DNA of 45,552 nt, counting the filler, from Streblomastix strix (lineage: Eukaryota), in assembly GCA_008636045.1 (NCBI GenBank). It is 2 parts of 2 records of this genome, joined end to end, with 100 filler letters (N's around TTAATTAATTAA, not from the genome) between each part and the next. Parts side by side here need not be neighbours in the genome. Positions count along the whole stretch, not along the records: positions 22,835 to 45,552 come from SNRW01000312.1; 1 more part is not named here. One strand, written 5' to 3'. The notes beneath the pieces are model-generated. The model saw nothing but the letters and a program-made list of their open reading frames with translations, ran no database searches and was not told where the DNA came from. A program made the position numbers and the translations under genes. Below, in pieces: positions 24,901 to 39,595 of the stretch (the stretch's first letter is position 1; each line of letters starts with the position of its first letter).

Positions 24901-25200
24901 ATGAAACTTATTAGCTAGAATCTTGTTTGCAAAGATGAATAAGGTGAGGTAAAATTAATTGATAATATCCCTTCTGATAATTTCCATAAAATATAGATAA
25001 CAAAACACTCATTATTTTTAACATTTGATTAACAAATAAATTATTAAGAAAAAATTAGAAATATTTGTGTGGAAGAAGAAATGAAAAATTATATTGATGA
25101 AATGTAAAAATATAGTGAAGAATAATACAAACTACGTAAATAATACATAAAAGATTGGTGTAAATTCTAAAAAGAAATGTATTGGGGTGAACGATTATAT
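24901..25200 (+). CDS. Small intronless unknown ORF of the element (3' end uncertain)
   Basis: ATG 36 nt after the previous stop: MKLISQNLVCKDEQGEVKLIDNIPSDNFHKIQ...KDWCKFQKEMYWGERLY. Coding signal fades after ~25200 without a TGA. Confidence 0.45.
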
Positions 25201-25884
25201 TATTTTTATTATTATATATAGTTCAACAATTAGAATAATTCATAAAATAAAAAAGTAATAACATTAATGTTATACATTATTCATATTCATTAGCTATAAT
25301 AAATAATAATATGCGTTGATGCTCATATTCATTTGGCTGGGATGAAAGTTGTCATTTTAAATGAAAAATCTTAAAATTCAAAAGTTTTAAATATATTTTC
25401 TCTTCTATTTGCACTCATTTGTAGTAATGTGAAAAGGAGTGTGCCATACATTCAAGAATAGCACACAACAATGTACATCACTAACCTACTACAATATCCA
25501 CATTCATTCATCACTTTCATTAATGTTCTTACAATAATCTTGTTCAAATGCTTATTTTCTCGTGCATTATTTATAAATTTTATTTTGTTTTAAAGTAATT
25601 ATTTTTATAATTTATTATCATTATTTATTTTACATTATTTATTTTTATTTTTCGATTTGAGGCACTCCCGTTTTTCACATAAATACTGGAGAATGATTTG
25701 AAAACTTTGAAAATAGGACAGGATTTGCAACTAATATAGAATCATCATTTTCTGCTACAGGAATCTACGCAAGATCACATGAACTTATTTTGAAAAACTA
25801 ATATATTTAGGATGATAATGAAAATCTTAGTTTCAATATAGAAGAATTTCATCATATTCACTATAACCATTCAAAGTATTAACA

Positions 25885-26250
25885 TAATAATGTAAGAGGG
25901 AACTATTTTTCAATACAAATGATACTTTTATAGAGAAGGATCCCGTTTCAAATCAGGCGAAAATGGCAACATACGATCAGTAAAAATGTGAAAAAAAAAT
26001 GCTGAGAAATAAAGAAAGACACTCAGAAGACATCACAGAAGCTGATGAAACTTTAGAAAGCTATGCTCATCGAAAAGCAAATCTCGGAGAATACGAAGAT
26101 GCAAGAATGAATTTACCCATCTGCTTTGCATACAGAATCAAACTGTGCATCTATTTGGGAAACAACAAGTTTGAATTCTTTGATAATCAGGCATCAACAT
26201 TTGTTGAAATTGCATCCGTTGACCAAATTCATTATTTCAATTTAATTTAA
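25885..26250 (+). pseudogene. Degenerate OTU-like cysteine protease domain
   Basis: VRGNYF (cf. DGNCxF, Cys TGT to TAT) then a 1-nt frameshift into ...LESYAHRKANLGEYEDARMNLPICFAYRIKLCIYLGNNKFEFFDNQASTFVEIASVDQIHYFNL. Motif spacing and the terminal HY resemble OTU domains. Confidence 0.45.
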
Positions 26251-26763
26251 TCACAAATTAAATTATTTCACAATTAATAATGGCCGTCTTTATTATCAAA
26301 ACTAACAATAAACAACAATTATCTTTATTGCTTTTTAATAAATTTATATAAATTAATCTAATCACAAAAAAGAAATATATTCTACAACAATAAATAATTA
26401 ATAAGTAAATTTTTCAATAAATGATATTACAAAAATTAAGATTAACAGAATTATAAAATTTTTTTATACATAAGTAAATTTGCAATATTTTTGGCATAAT
26501 TATTGATTAATCTATTATTTGAAGATATTTTAGTTTATATAATGATATTTTATAACAATATATTATTTTTACCTATATTTAGATACTGTATACAAATATT
26601 TTCATAAAAATCAAATTTCATTCAAAATATTGAGCATTAGCAAGTAAAAATATTTTCAATGAACATTAAATTCTATATAATAATAAATATATATATAATT
26701 TCATAATTTTTTGAATGTTGGATAAATTAAGATTTACTTTTTTTATTTTTGACTTAGTTTTCC

Positions 26764-29331
26764 ATGTCAACAGCTGTATAGACACTAATTAATTAGTTGG
26801 ATGCTTCTAATGACAGTGAAAAGCCGGATATTTTACAAAAGTTAATTGTAGGCCTTTTAGTTAGTGTGCCTCCTTGTTTTGATTAAATATTATTTTATTT
26901 TCAATATTTTTTCAGATCCACAAACAAGCAAGATGATGATAAGAAATCATATCATTGACGTACTTGTTCCATTGTGCGATCCAAAACTTGAAAACAACGT
27001 TTCGGTATACGTATAATAAAAAAACAAGTTAATAATTTGATTAATATTTTCTTTTCTTCAATTATGATTTAAAAACACATAGATTAAGAGCTGCATTCTT
27101 CTTAATATGATTGGAATCGCAAGTGCAGTCGGAAATGCACAAGAAGGAACTCGGCTTACAATAGCTCCTCTTCGAGCAGTTAGTCTGGTATTGTTATTTT
27201 ATTTTAAAAATTTGAGTCATTTTTTTATTATTTTTCAGATTCAATCATAAACTGGAGCATCTGAATCACACAATGCAATCGCTCAGATATCATAGAGTAA
27301 TTAAGTTGAACCAGCATGTTTTTTGTCCTGTGGAGGGCTTGATTGGCTGAGAACTAATATAACCAATGAGACTTCTTAGAGTGCAAAAAAGAAGGCTAAA
27401 GAAGTTGCTGAAACCCTCCTGGACAAAATTTAAACTTAAACTTCGCCAGAGAATGAGTACAATATTGATGAATTGAAAAGCATTTTAGATCCAACATAAA
27501 ATAAATCAAATTAGATAATTAAATAATAAAAACCTATTAAATCAGATGAAAATACTTATACAAAATAAGATCAACTTTTATAAGACTAATTAATGAAAGA
27601 GATGTTTGATTTGAGATAAAAATTAATTTCTTCAGAGGAAGAAAGATAATAACTTAGAGTTTAAATACATTAATATGAATTAAATCTTAAAAGAGCAGAT
27701 AAAGATCGTTAAGGCTTTCAAAATAATTAGAAAAGAACAGAAGAAATATTATAAAGGTTAGATTAATAAAAGAATAGTTTAGCAGATGAACTTATAGATT
27801 TAAAGAGAACTAATCGTCAAATAAGTGAAGAATTAAAGCAGGCAATAAAAACCAGCAAAACCTCAACAATTGCATAAGAAAGATCTTAAGCAAGTTTATA
27901 AACATTGGAGGTAGAGTTGAAAACAGCCCAAAGGGAATGTGCCAAATTGGGAGAATAAAACAAAATAATGAACAGAGAACATTCTGTGATGCAAAAGAAG
28001 ATTGAAAGTATGGAATCTTCTTTGGAGCATAAACTTGTACAGAGCACTGAGTTCAGTAGAGTACTTCTCACTACAGCCAAATATCTGTTTATATATTTTA
28101 AATTATTATATTATAATATAGAAATTATTTATTCTACATAATTATTATTATATAATTATATAGTGATCCTACAAACTCATTGAAGAAAGCTTCGTTCCAA
28201 TTACTGGACTTTGCTGTTCCTTCTCTTTCTGATGAAGTACGAACAGAGCTGGCAAGATCTGGAGTGTTCAACGATTTGCTGGGAATTTTAACAAGTGTTC
28301 ATATGCGCCGTGAAGCTGAAAGAGCTTGTAATATTTGTAGTGAACTTATAAGACGTAATGAAACAGCAGTTGACTAAGCTATTAAAGCAGGCATTGTTGA
28401 AACGCTAATATTAATGCTTGATAGACCTTTAGATTAGATTAATCATACGCATTTAGAAATGGCTGTTCTTTTCACTGCATATGCAACTCCAGAATAAGGA
28501 GATATTCTTGTAACCAGTGGAATTCTTGATACGTTATTACGTATACTCCATCACATCGATAATAATGTTGCTGAACTTGCAATAACAGCCATCGGCAATC
28601 TTATATTCTGTGGTGCTATGTTAAATGAAACTGATTAAGAACATCCCTACTTTAGAGCAATGCAAATATCTGGAGGCCTCATACAAATATGGGAAACATT
28701 TGTAGCGAGTGCAACAGTCGAAACACAAACAAGAGCCGCAGTTTGTCTCTCCAGACTCTACCGCGCATAACCACTGCCCCCACAATACGATGCCATTGTT
28801 ACAGTAACAAAGAAGATGTCGAGGCAGAAGAGTTCTGAAGAGTGCAAGAATGGGTTGTCTGCACTGAGACTTCTTGCTTATAGCTAAGGTTGAAGATATA
28901 TTCTTTTTTTATTTATTTTAACATAATTTATTATATTTATTTAATCAAATATAGAAAATCACGAAATGATTTTGAAAAATGATTATCTTGAGCACCTTGC
29001 AAAGAATTTATCGTTTGTTTAGTAATCCTATTTATAATATCGAATTATCTACATTTCGTTTCTTTCCACCAATTCTCTTATTTAGGAGAAGTAATGAGGA
29101 TGTTGTAAGCAGCACATTATTCCTTTTGGCAACTCTTGGGATGAAGGTAAATACAAGTTTCTTATTATTGTTACTTATTATTAAATTTTATTTTTCTTCT
29201 TGAAGGGTACAACTCAGACAGGAGTTTTAATAGGCCAAAATGTATCGATTGAAACTGTTAGACGTTTCACTTCAAGTAAGAATCCTGCAGTAGTGTAGAA
29301 TGCAAGGAGTTTGATGGCAATTCTTGAATGA
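26764..29331 (+). CDS. Armadillo-repeat plus central coiled-coil hypothetical protein, multi-exon
   Basis: ATG 26764 gives MSTAVQTLINQLDASND. GT-AG introns. ARM-like segments (ELARSGVFNDLLGIL; QAIKAGIVETLILML; ILVTSGILDTLLRILHH). Ends ARSLMAILE-TGA. Confidence 0.8.
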
Positions 29332-29500
29332 ATGAAAATTTATTAGAATTAAATCCATATCATTATTTATGACAAATTCTATATCCAGTTATTCAATTAT
29401 TAATAAATTTTGTTTATGATTATGTCTGAATTTATTTGTAAAGAATAGAAAATGAAATGAAATCTATATAAAAAAGGGTGTTATGTTTTACAATGATAAA

Positions 29501-32500
29501 TCACTCAAAACAGATTGACTCTGGATATATTTATCTCGCCTGCTTAAGCAGCGCAGTGAAACGTGAAAACGAACCTTATTTCTTGTGGAGTGCAAAGAGA
29601 GTTGTTGCAGCACATTCGACATACGCTCTGAATTTGCCCATGAACCTGCTCATCATTTCCAGCAATTCTTCTTTGACAGCAGAGGTTGCTAATCTCTCCA
29701 AAATTCCTTCAATTATATCCTTCTCACTTTCTTTCCCATCTTTACCCCACATTCCACTTTTGGGTTTTTTTGATTCGGTGTTTGAATTGTCATTACATGA
29801 AAATGGGGTTGCAATAATAAATAGTTCAGTGTGATGAAGTTGACCAATAGAATTAGCAATTGAGATTATGACTTCGCAGCATAGGCGTACAATCTCAGTA
29901 ACATCATACATCATTCTTCTTTTCATTCGATCAGAAATCATCTGTTATCCATTAGCATCAAGTCCATTCAATAAAGAAGAAACTTAATTTTGGAAGGGTG
30001 AAAGAATTTGTGTATTAGATAAATTTATTCCTGAATCTACTTTACAAAAATTTGGCTATTACGAAAAAATTCTTTATTCAATATTTGGGTCTATATCATC
30101 CTCATCTATATAACTGAAAGTTAATTCATTAAATACGACATATTTTGACCAGAATTAAAATTGCATTTGGCGCTTCTTACAAAGTGAGAGCATTATTTCT
30201 TTCTTCTCTTTATATTTATTGGATTATGAAACCAAATTATTTGATTTGGATGAAGGATTTAATGATTAAAATAGAGGAATATTGGGAGGTTTTGAAATGA
30301 AAGAAAAAGGTTCAAACTATTATGAAGATTAAGATGATGACTTTTTAAGACTTGAATTACCTTGTTTATTTGAATTTGATGGTTTAATATATGATTCTGA
30401 TGGTTTTTAGTCTGGATCTCCAAGTAAAAGCCAATCTTCCTCATCTTCTAATTCATTATCATTTTCATCAGTAGTCTAGTTTCCAATTCTGTTTGTTTAT
30501 GGAGATATTAGCATAGGAGAAGAATATCCATTATGATGAGTTGATATTTACGGTGAATATTAATTATTCATAAAATTAGATTAATCTCTTTCGTCTACAA
30601 TTGCATATGCTGGTGGAACTGGTATGCCCATCAAAAGACATGAAAATGCACCATAATAACTCATAATATCAATTAAAAGCTTTACAGTATCTAATTAGAC
30701 TAGTTGCTGTAGTACCTATGAAGTTTTAGCAGTCTATTTTAATGCAGAAAGAACCCATTTTGTTAATATGGGTGAAGGAAAGCATGCTCTATGTAATACA
30801 GACAGCAGTGTTGGTAAGGCTGGAATAGCACCAAGACCCTATTCACTTTCTACGCTGTTTCCACCAAGAAGTACATATAACTGGCAGACAAGTTTCACTA
30901 TACTTACTCCATTAAATGATATATGATCAATCATATCTTCACTTGATGCAATTCGCAGTAATATCTCATTACTATATAAATCAATTCCTTCTCCAAAATA
31001 AGTCTTCGCCATTGATCTAGAATTTCCTTTTGTTAGTGGATCCCATTCCCCAAATTGATTTATGGCATATGCCATAGCAGTGATGAATCTATGTAACTCT
31101 GGTGGATCAATTCCATGAACAAAAGAGTCTTCAAATATATTGAATTTAGGAGTAATTGGTCTTTAATTAGAAGTGGTATCTTTATTCTATTCACATTCAC
31201 GGCATACATCAAAGAATGAATTGACAAGAATTTTTACACCAAGATTCTTAGATGATGATATTTAATATTCAAGTGTTTCTGGAAATGAAGCGTCAGGATC
31301 ATATGAAGTCATTATCCATTTCTTTCCATTTGGTGTAAGAATAGAAACACTTGAACTACTTTTTGTTATTTCAACATTATCTTTACTTTTTTCTCCATCC
31401 TAATCACCCTTTTCAAGATAAGAAAACTATGGATTATATTTTTCTCCAAATAAGCAAAGTATTTCTAATATAAGTTGTAAAGTATCTGGAGAAATCTAAA
31501 ACTTATTTAAATTTATAAAAGCTTTGCATAAAAATCGAATTATTCTAAGTTCATAAATTCGTTTTAAATTCTCTTGCTGGATATTGAATATTAATTACTT
31601 GTTTTTATTGTTTGGATTGTATTTGTTTTAGACGGATGAAACTGAACTCTTCGATGATTTATCATCGTTTGGTGAATTTCTTTCACTTATATTATCTTTT
31701 GATTTATTTTTTTTCTTATTCTTCATTTTGATATTTTTTATTTAATCAAGTCTTTTCTTTTCAGCAACTATCGCTTAAATTAAGAATTCTTATGGAGATT
31801 AGGCATTATCCCTATTTTTCAATATTAGTACTAATGGATCTGTTTCACTTATAATATCAACTACTTCATCAGTATCATCTGCATCATTCTTCTCCTTCTT
31901 CTCAACAAATTCCCTTTATCTAATCTTATTCACTTATTCATTTCCAACCTTCTCAATATCTTTTCCCCATAAACTCCAATTCAAACAAGACTCACCTTCA
32001 GCAATATTTGGATTTACATTAACAAAGAAATAAATCAAGCGAAGAGCATCAAAACATATTCCTTCTTTATCTTTCTATCCCCAATATGTGGATAGAGTAT
32101 TTGCTGCTACTTTGATCCCTAATGAATGACATGGTTCTGCTTTTGCTATTGATGCAGCAGTTGGTCTAAGAAGAGCTTCATTGATAGGCATGATAGCTTA
32201 GGGGTTTTATTCTGGAGATTTAGATCCATTTGGTTGAGACGCGATTGGTTTATGTAATTATAGTGGTTATTACTTTGATTAGTTATCATTATTTTTCTTC
32301 ATTAGAGAATAACGCATAGATTCTTTGTTTGATTTTTTATTATTACTTTAAGGAATAGTCAATATTTGAAGATTTTATTATGATTGTGTTAGTTATCTTG
32401 CAACTGATAATAACACTAAAGGAGAAGTCAAAATTTTAGATGAAGAACTTGGTTATATTCGCTGTTAATTATTATCTTACTAGTTAACATTTAAATGTGA

Positions 32501-35500
32501 AGAAGAAGCAGAATTAGCAGCAAAAATAGCAGCTTACACAGCAGCAGTCACTGTTTAGAAGGCAGATGATATTAATTAGTCCACTGCAGATGTAATTGCA
32601 TTTAATCTACACTGAGGAAATCTAAGTAATTCGCACACTGTTGATAAAATACATTTTACAATAACAGGATCAATATCAATATGATCATGAATAACAAATA
32701 ATAACAATGGAATTATTCCTCTGCTTCTTGCTAATCCTTTTAATAATCCTATTCTTTTCTATTCATACTCTTTAATATCTACTTAACTAAATCCTTAAAG
32801 AAGGAATTTCAATCCTTTTGAACTTGAGCTCTATTCTTATTCATTTTATTCCTGATCTTCATCATCTTCGCTTTCATCATCTTCTTCATCTTATTCATCT
32901 TCATCTTGCCATCCAAATCCCCATCCATTCCATTATGATACACGATTGCTCAGAATAATTGAAGTTTGGGAGCCTGAACTCAGTTTAATAGACAATCTGG
33001 ATGATTTATGTTTCATTTTTGACTTATCATCGTTTTTGTTCAATTAATTCTAAAACTAATTGTTTTTAATCGCACCTTTTGAATTTGGTTTCAATTTTCT
33101 ACTTGGACATCCACAACATAAATTATGCAATATAATAACAGATAATCGTAAAATGTCTTAATGTTCAACTTATCTCTAATGCTCTTACTCAAATGATAAT
33201 TCTCCTGTATAAGATTTTATTGTATTCATTTGATAGTTTCCTCCAAATTGATCAATGGTTTCTTCATTGGTAAATACCTTAGATGCTCCAAAAGAAGACA
33301 GAATTAATTCATTTTTACATTATCTCCACATATTAAATGTAACAATTTGAAGTACTTATAAATCAATGATTAAGTATATATGTTCAGGAGATTGAGATAC
33401 ACTACAAAAGAAGGCAGAGCAATAAAGTTGCATCATTCTGTTATTCTCCATAAATATACGCATTAATTATCTCATTTATTTTAATACTGAATATTTATCA
33501 TTCAAATCTTCAAGATCTTCTTAAGATTAAAGAAAAGTAGGAGAAGGATTTGAAGATTGAACAATGGAATCTCCTGAATCTTATTAGACTTTTGGTGATG
33601 TAAATAAATATTGAAATGAATTTTATTAAGATTGTTGTTGATGTTATTATTATTATTAAGATGATTAAGAAGAGTGTGAAGTAATAGCATTTAAAGAAGA
33701 GGATGGAAGTGATTTAGATGAATGAGACTTAGAAGAATGAGATGAAGAACGTTATTACTATTTTGATGAAGGAGATGAAGAAGATTATTTTTATGATAAA
33801 GAGGAAGGTTATGAAGAAGAAAATTATCCTTTATGAGATTTAGAAATGTGTGATTATGATGGAGATGAAGATTATGATGTATTACTATGTTTAATATCTT
33901 AATTTTATTTGCTTTCACTTGTTTTAGATTAAGTAATGCTATTTTTATCTTTTCTCGATTAGTGATTTCTTTCTTAATCTTTATTTCGATGTTCTTTTTA
34001 TTCTTTTGGTTATTTGCTATGTTTTATTTTTTCTCTCAATTCATTATCATCTTCGTTCTTTTCTCTGTAATTCTTTTTTGAACTACGACTTCTTTTTTCA
34101 TCAAAGTTATTATTAATTTATTCATTTCTCATAGATGACTTACTTCTTTACTAAATTGGTGAAGATAATTGAACGCCGCCAAGTTCTAATAATTAATATT
34201 TTGGTTACCATGAGTTATATTAAGCTATTTTCTCAGGAGAATTATAATAATTAGTAAATTATTCAAATATATCTCTAGGTTCCTTTCCAACAACAACTGC
34301 TTCATGAACAACAATCGAATTATGAAATGTTTGTTATTTATTTCTCTGCTTTTAATAACTATTTGGAGAAAGGGGCTATGAATAATTCTAATAATAAGGC
34401 TAAGAAGAATTTAAAGAGGGTTAAATTAATGGTGAGGTTATTGAAGGGACTGGATCTGGTGATTTTGGATTTAATTATTCGTATTTCTTTCTTTCGGCTT
34501 CAACAGCAGCAGTTGATCCATATTTATTATTGATATCTTGCAAGAAAATAAATCCTCTATGCGTTGAAGATAGAAAGCAACACAATTCAGCAAAAGATTG
34601 AGCAATTGTTCCAACATGATACTAATCTTCAGTTTATATTACTTTAAGCATACATTATACAATTCCAGATTTAATTATAGATCTATGATTATCTATTCTT
34701 CGAGAGAGCAAAGCAATGACATCACTTATCTTCCAGCTAATAACTTAGAAATATGTTTGAGTTCGACGAGGTTATGGTTTCTGTAATTATTACTATTTCT
34801 ATTATTATTACTAATTTTCTTTATCTACAGGTTCTAATCCATTTTTATTTTTCTCTTATTAATCCTTTTACTGTTATTATACTTAAATTGCTTTTTGTAT
34901 CTGTCTCCACCACAAATCTCTTTATTTCTCTTTCTCATACTTCTTCCTCTCACTCTACAATACTTGGGAAAGCAAATTAACAAACTCTCTATCTGTCATT
35001 ATATCAACCTTTTCTACAGAATGCCTTGATACAAATAATTTGGCTAAATTGTTATCAGCAATAGCAAGAGCTTTCAATCCTTAATTCTTTAATTGAATTT
35101 AAGATAATGAAGTGAATGAATATTATTAATTTGGTGGAGATTATTGTGAATTATCTTTATTTTTATCCTTTCGGATTTCTTTATCCTTCTCTTTAATTGA
35201 ACGAGAAGGAGATTAAGATTAATATGGAGATCTTTGATTTGAAACAGTATCATTTCCAGGCTTTGAAGATTTAGACGGTTAATTCTAATGTTATATCGAA
35301 GTTGTAACTATGGTTGTTTATAAAGATTTTGATTAGGAAGATTTTGATTTCTATGATGAAGAGGAGGAAGAAGAAGATTTAGAAGTAATAATTCCAGCTT
35401 ATATTAATATCTTTACAGCTTCCTATACATTCTTTTCCATCAATATATCATCATCTTCAGTCTCTTTATTCTCTTCTAATATAAGCTTCAATTCTTCTTT

Positions 35501-38500
35501 ATATTCCCACATTGATCTTGCAATAACAATATCAATTCCATCAAGACCATTCTTTCTTAATGTTCCACTAATAAGCTGCTTTAAGTTTTACCCATCCTGC
35601 TATTTACTAGATTTCATACTATCATTCATATTTTGTTAATATTAATTTCTATTCAATGAAGTAAGATTTTGCATCCTTATTTAGTTTGATTGTGGTTATA
35701 ATGCTGTTGGCCCTCTTTATTATGTCATTTTCTATGCTTTTTCTCTGTCAATATTCATATTCTTTATACTACCACTATTACTAGTAGTTTAATTATAGTT
35801 TCTCTCTTTTTACACATTTCCAGTTTTAGGTTTCTAATTTTCTTAAAATTGTTGTAGCTAATATTATCTCAATGTATTTGATCGTTGTGTCATTTCATCT
35901 CTCTTTAATTGTATCATTTATAATAATTAACCAACTTTTAATTTATTTATCTTATTAATTGATGAACTTTTATTTTCCTTATCTTTTTTCTTTTTGTCAT
36001 CCAATTAATTACCTTTTTTATCTTTATTTATTTGCTCTTAATTTTGCTACTATTTCCTTTCGTAATTTGATAATTTATCTAAACTTGTATTAGATGATGC
36101 TTTTTCCATTAATTCATTTGAATCTTTTTCTTTTCTATTTTATTATTTTCCTTTTCTTTTTTGATCTCTCTTCAATATATTATCATTAATACCATCTTTT
36201 TCAATCTAATTTTCACTATTTTCTCCATCAACCATCGAAATATCATCATCCTCTTCTTCTTCTTTATCTTTTTCTTTTTCTTTTTCTTTCTTTTCTTTTG
36301 CTTTTATTTTCATTTTCTTATTCTTTAATTTTTCTTTTTCTTTCATTTTATCCTCTTTCATTATTTCAGCTTCATATTCCTCTTCCACTTAATTCAATTC
36401 ATGTTCCAATCTAATTGTATCTATATATGCTTTCATTATCTTATAATCAAGCTCATCTTCATCTTCATACTCATAATCTTATTATTATCTATATTCAGCA
36501 TTTTAAATGTCAACTTCTGTTTAATATTACAGTTCTTATCCAATTCTAAATTCTTTTTATTTGTCCTTTTATTGCTTTTTATTTAATTATTAATTCACAA
36601 ATAGATCTTCCTCTTCAAATTCTCCATTTTCATCATCAATTTACTCTTTTTCTGATGGTCTTAATGCTTTACACAAAACTATTGGTACTGATACTTTTTA
36701 TTTCTTTTCTTTATTCTCAGTATCATTATCATTAGTATTCCCTATTTAATCTTTATTCACATTTTTACTCATATTTTTACCTTAATTAACTCTTTATCCC
36801 AATTCAAACAAACCAGAAATTAGTTAAATATCAACTAAATAATCCGCTGTTAAATAGTGCCATGCATATTCTATTCCTTCATCCCATCTATTTATACTAT
36901 CAATTTATTATTATTTATTATTTGATCTTTCAATCATCAATTTCTCTTTCTTAAACTTATTATCTCTTTATTACAACATTTATGGTGTTAATTTATGTAC
37001 TTGGAATTATTATTGTTGCTAAAACTGTTATTATAATTATAATTACAATTACTGTCTGTTAAGATTTAGAAGTGGAGATCTACGAGGGAATATTTAGGAA
37101 GAGAGTTTCAGATGTGGAGATTGGGTCTATGAATATAAATGTGAGTATAATGATATAGAAGGAGTTTATTTCTATTATTATTATTATTATTATGACTATA
37201 TTAAATAAGATCTAAATTATGTATAATATGATTATGGAGATAATTATAAAGATTAAGATAAGGATTAAGACAAATGAAATGAATAATCAGATGGAGATTA
37301 TTATGAATATTATTATTGAGGAGTTTGATTATTTATATTGACATTCTATGATGTCTTAGAAAAGGGGGAATGTGAGAAGTTTATTCCTTATTAATTCTCC
37401 TATTGAACTTATTTAATCAGTTTCTTCACTTAAAATTCTTTTTTAACTTTTTTATTATCTTTGTTTTATACAAATAAATCTTCACCGTTTTCTGATTCTA
37501 TTTATTCTTATTCTTATTTTTCCTTTTCTTATTCATTATTTATATCTTTTTTCTTTTAGCTTTATTGAGAATATTATATTTAATTTGATTTAGGATCAGG
37601 ATCATCTTCAATTCCTTTGAATATATTTGTAGTTTGTAGTAATCTGTAAAATATTTTATTTTTAAAAATAATAAAACATAAATATTTATTAATTTCATTA
37701 ATTGAAATAATATAATAATAACCAAACTTTAATCTATGCATTTCTTCACCCAAATCTGTTTATTCAGACATTTCCTTCTCCAACATCTCACAAATCAATT
37801 CAATTTCAAATTCATCCCAATCAACTAAGAAATCTTATTGTGTAAGCATCATTGATTATTAAGAAGAAGATTTTGATGAAGAATGTTATTATTATTATTG
37901 TTATTATATTTAATATTTTTAATTTTAATTATTTTACTCTGAATCCGAATTTGAATTAGTTTCTTTTGAACTTCTATGGCTTTTATTTGATTCATTAAGA
38001 TTAATATTATTATCATTTGGTGATTAATTTGAATTCTTTCTTTCTTTTTCTTTTGAATTTTCCTTATTACTCAAATTATCTTATTCTTCTAATAATAATT
38101 CATCATCTTTATAATCATCATTTGAATCACTTCTCTTTTTATTCTCCACTTTCTTTTATTTATTCACTTTTTCATTTTCATTTTATTCTTCTTTCTTCTT
38201 TCCCATATTTTCTTCTTTTAATTTACCTTTTCCCTTCTCTTTATCATCTGATACTTCTATTTATTATTACTGCATTTTATTAATTTCTTCTTCACGTTAC
38301 AATCTCATTTATCTAAACAGTGAAACTTTGTTTATAATCTTTCTTAGGGTTTACTATTTGGCTGTTGCTTCAATTTCAAGGCAATCATGAACATCATCAA
38401 TAGCTAAATCTAAAGGATCTTCCTCAAATAAATCATCATCATCTTTTTATTGTTATTACTTATTATCATTATCCTTTAATTTAGTAATTTACAAAATATT

Positions 38501-39595
38501 CTTATCGAGTTATGTAATATCATCTTCGGCTATATCAGCATCATCATCACTCAATGTAAATGTCTTATATAGCTTCCATTGTTCCTATTTGAATATCTTC
38601 ATTTCCTCTTATTACTGTTTCTCAATCTCCTGTTATTCTTCCCAATCAATCTTCCTTTTAGCTCTTCTTGCAATTGCTCTGGCTTTAGTAGATTCTGAAT
38701 GTTATGATCTGGTGTTAAGATTATTATCATTAAAATATTATTAATATTCACTATCTTGTTACTCACGTATCCTGGTTATCTCTTCTTCTTCTTATACTGA
38801 ATTCAATGGTTCCAAACAAACATTTTCTGGATCTTATTAATATTTACTCATTTTATCTTTATCTTTTCTATTTGATTTCGCTTATTTATCTGTTTTATTT
38901 GAGTCATTATTTAAAGATTCATTATCTGAATTTGATTAATATTGTTATATGTTTCTTTTATCCATTTAATTGACATCTTCATTACAGTTGACATTTGATA
39001 TTTTCAAAATTTGACTTAAAACAGGAAATTGAACAGGAACTTCTTCACCATCAGCCAATTCGGCCTCAATTTCCATCCATTCTAATTCTCTCAATTCCAT
39101 CTAATCTTTGGATACAATTGAATTAAGGTCTGCTTATTGTGTTGGTGATAATGGGGATTATGATGATAATTATGGGGATTGAAATTAGGAAATATTTGAT
39201 GAAACTGGAGTTTTGTTTGATCTCTCTTTTTTTGATGGAGTTTTTTGTTTCTTTGTTTCTTTTGATGGAGTTTTAACATCTTATTACTAATTTGTCTCAT
39301 CAATATTTTGTATAATAGATGAGTCTGCAGGAGAATTTAATTACGGATCAGCTTTCAATTATTCATTAGGAGTTTAGTTTTATGCAGAGGCATTTGGATT
39401 AGCAGGAGAAAATACAGCAGATTATGGGATTTTCCGTGGTGACATTTCCTATGATTGAATACGAGGGTTGCGTGATTATAAATTAAATATTGGTGGAATG
39501 AAGGTGGGATCGATGGATTATCTGATGTAAAGAGGAAGTACACGCTTGCTTGAGTCTCTCTAAGGACCATCGTATAATTAATCAGTACTAGACAT
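29501..39595 (-). CDS. ~3,336-aa Gln/Ser/acidic low-complexity protein with interspersed ARM/HEAT-like helical blocks; one intron (37644-37727)
   Basis: ATG 39595 gives MSSTDQLYDGPQRDSSKRVLPLYIRQ. Length after removing the 84-nt intron is divisible by 3. Track ORFs 29576-29941, 30839-31075 and 36206-36388 are pieces of it. Ends QARQIYPESICFE-TGA. Frame was spot-checked, not read in full. Confidence 0.8.

Larger units (their letters stand above)
22835..25200. mobile_element. Decayed endogenous viral element fragment (Polinton/Maverick or Polinton-like virus type)
   Basis: Intronless, tightly packed ORF remnants on both strands, including an A32-like packaging ATPase. Left boundary is lost in the gap and the right boundary is approximate. 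Confidence 0.7.

Noticed and set aside
34530..34600. FLSSTHRGFIFL resemblance to Virilizer/VIRMA
   Set aside because: A single short motif recalled from memory; other VIR hallmarks were not seen, so it is insufficient without a profile search.
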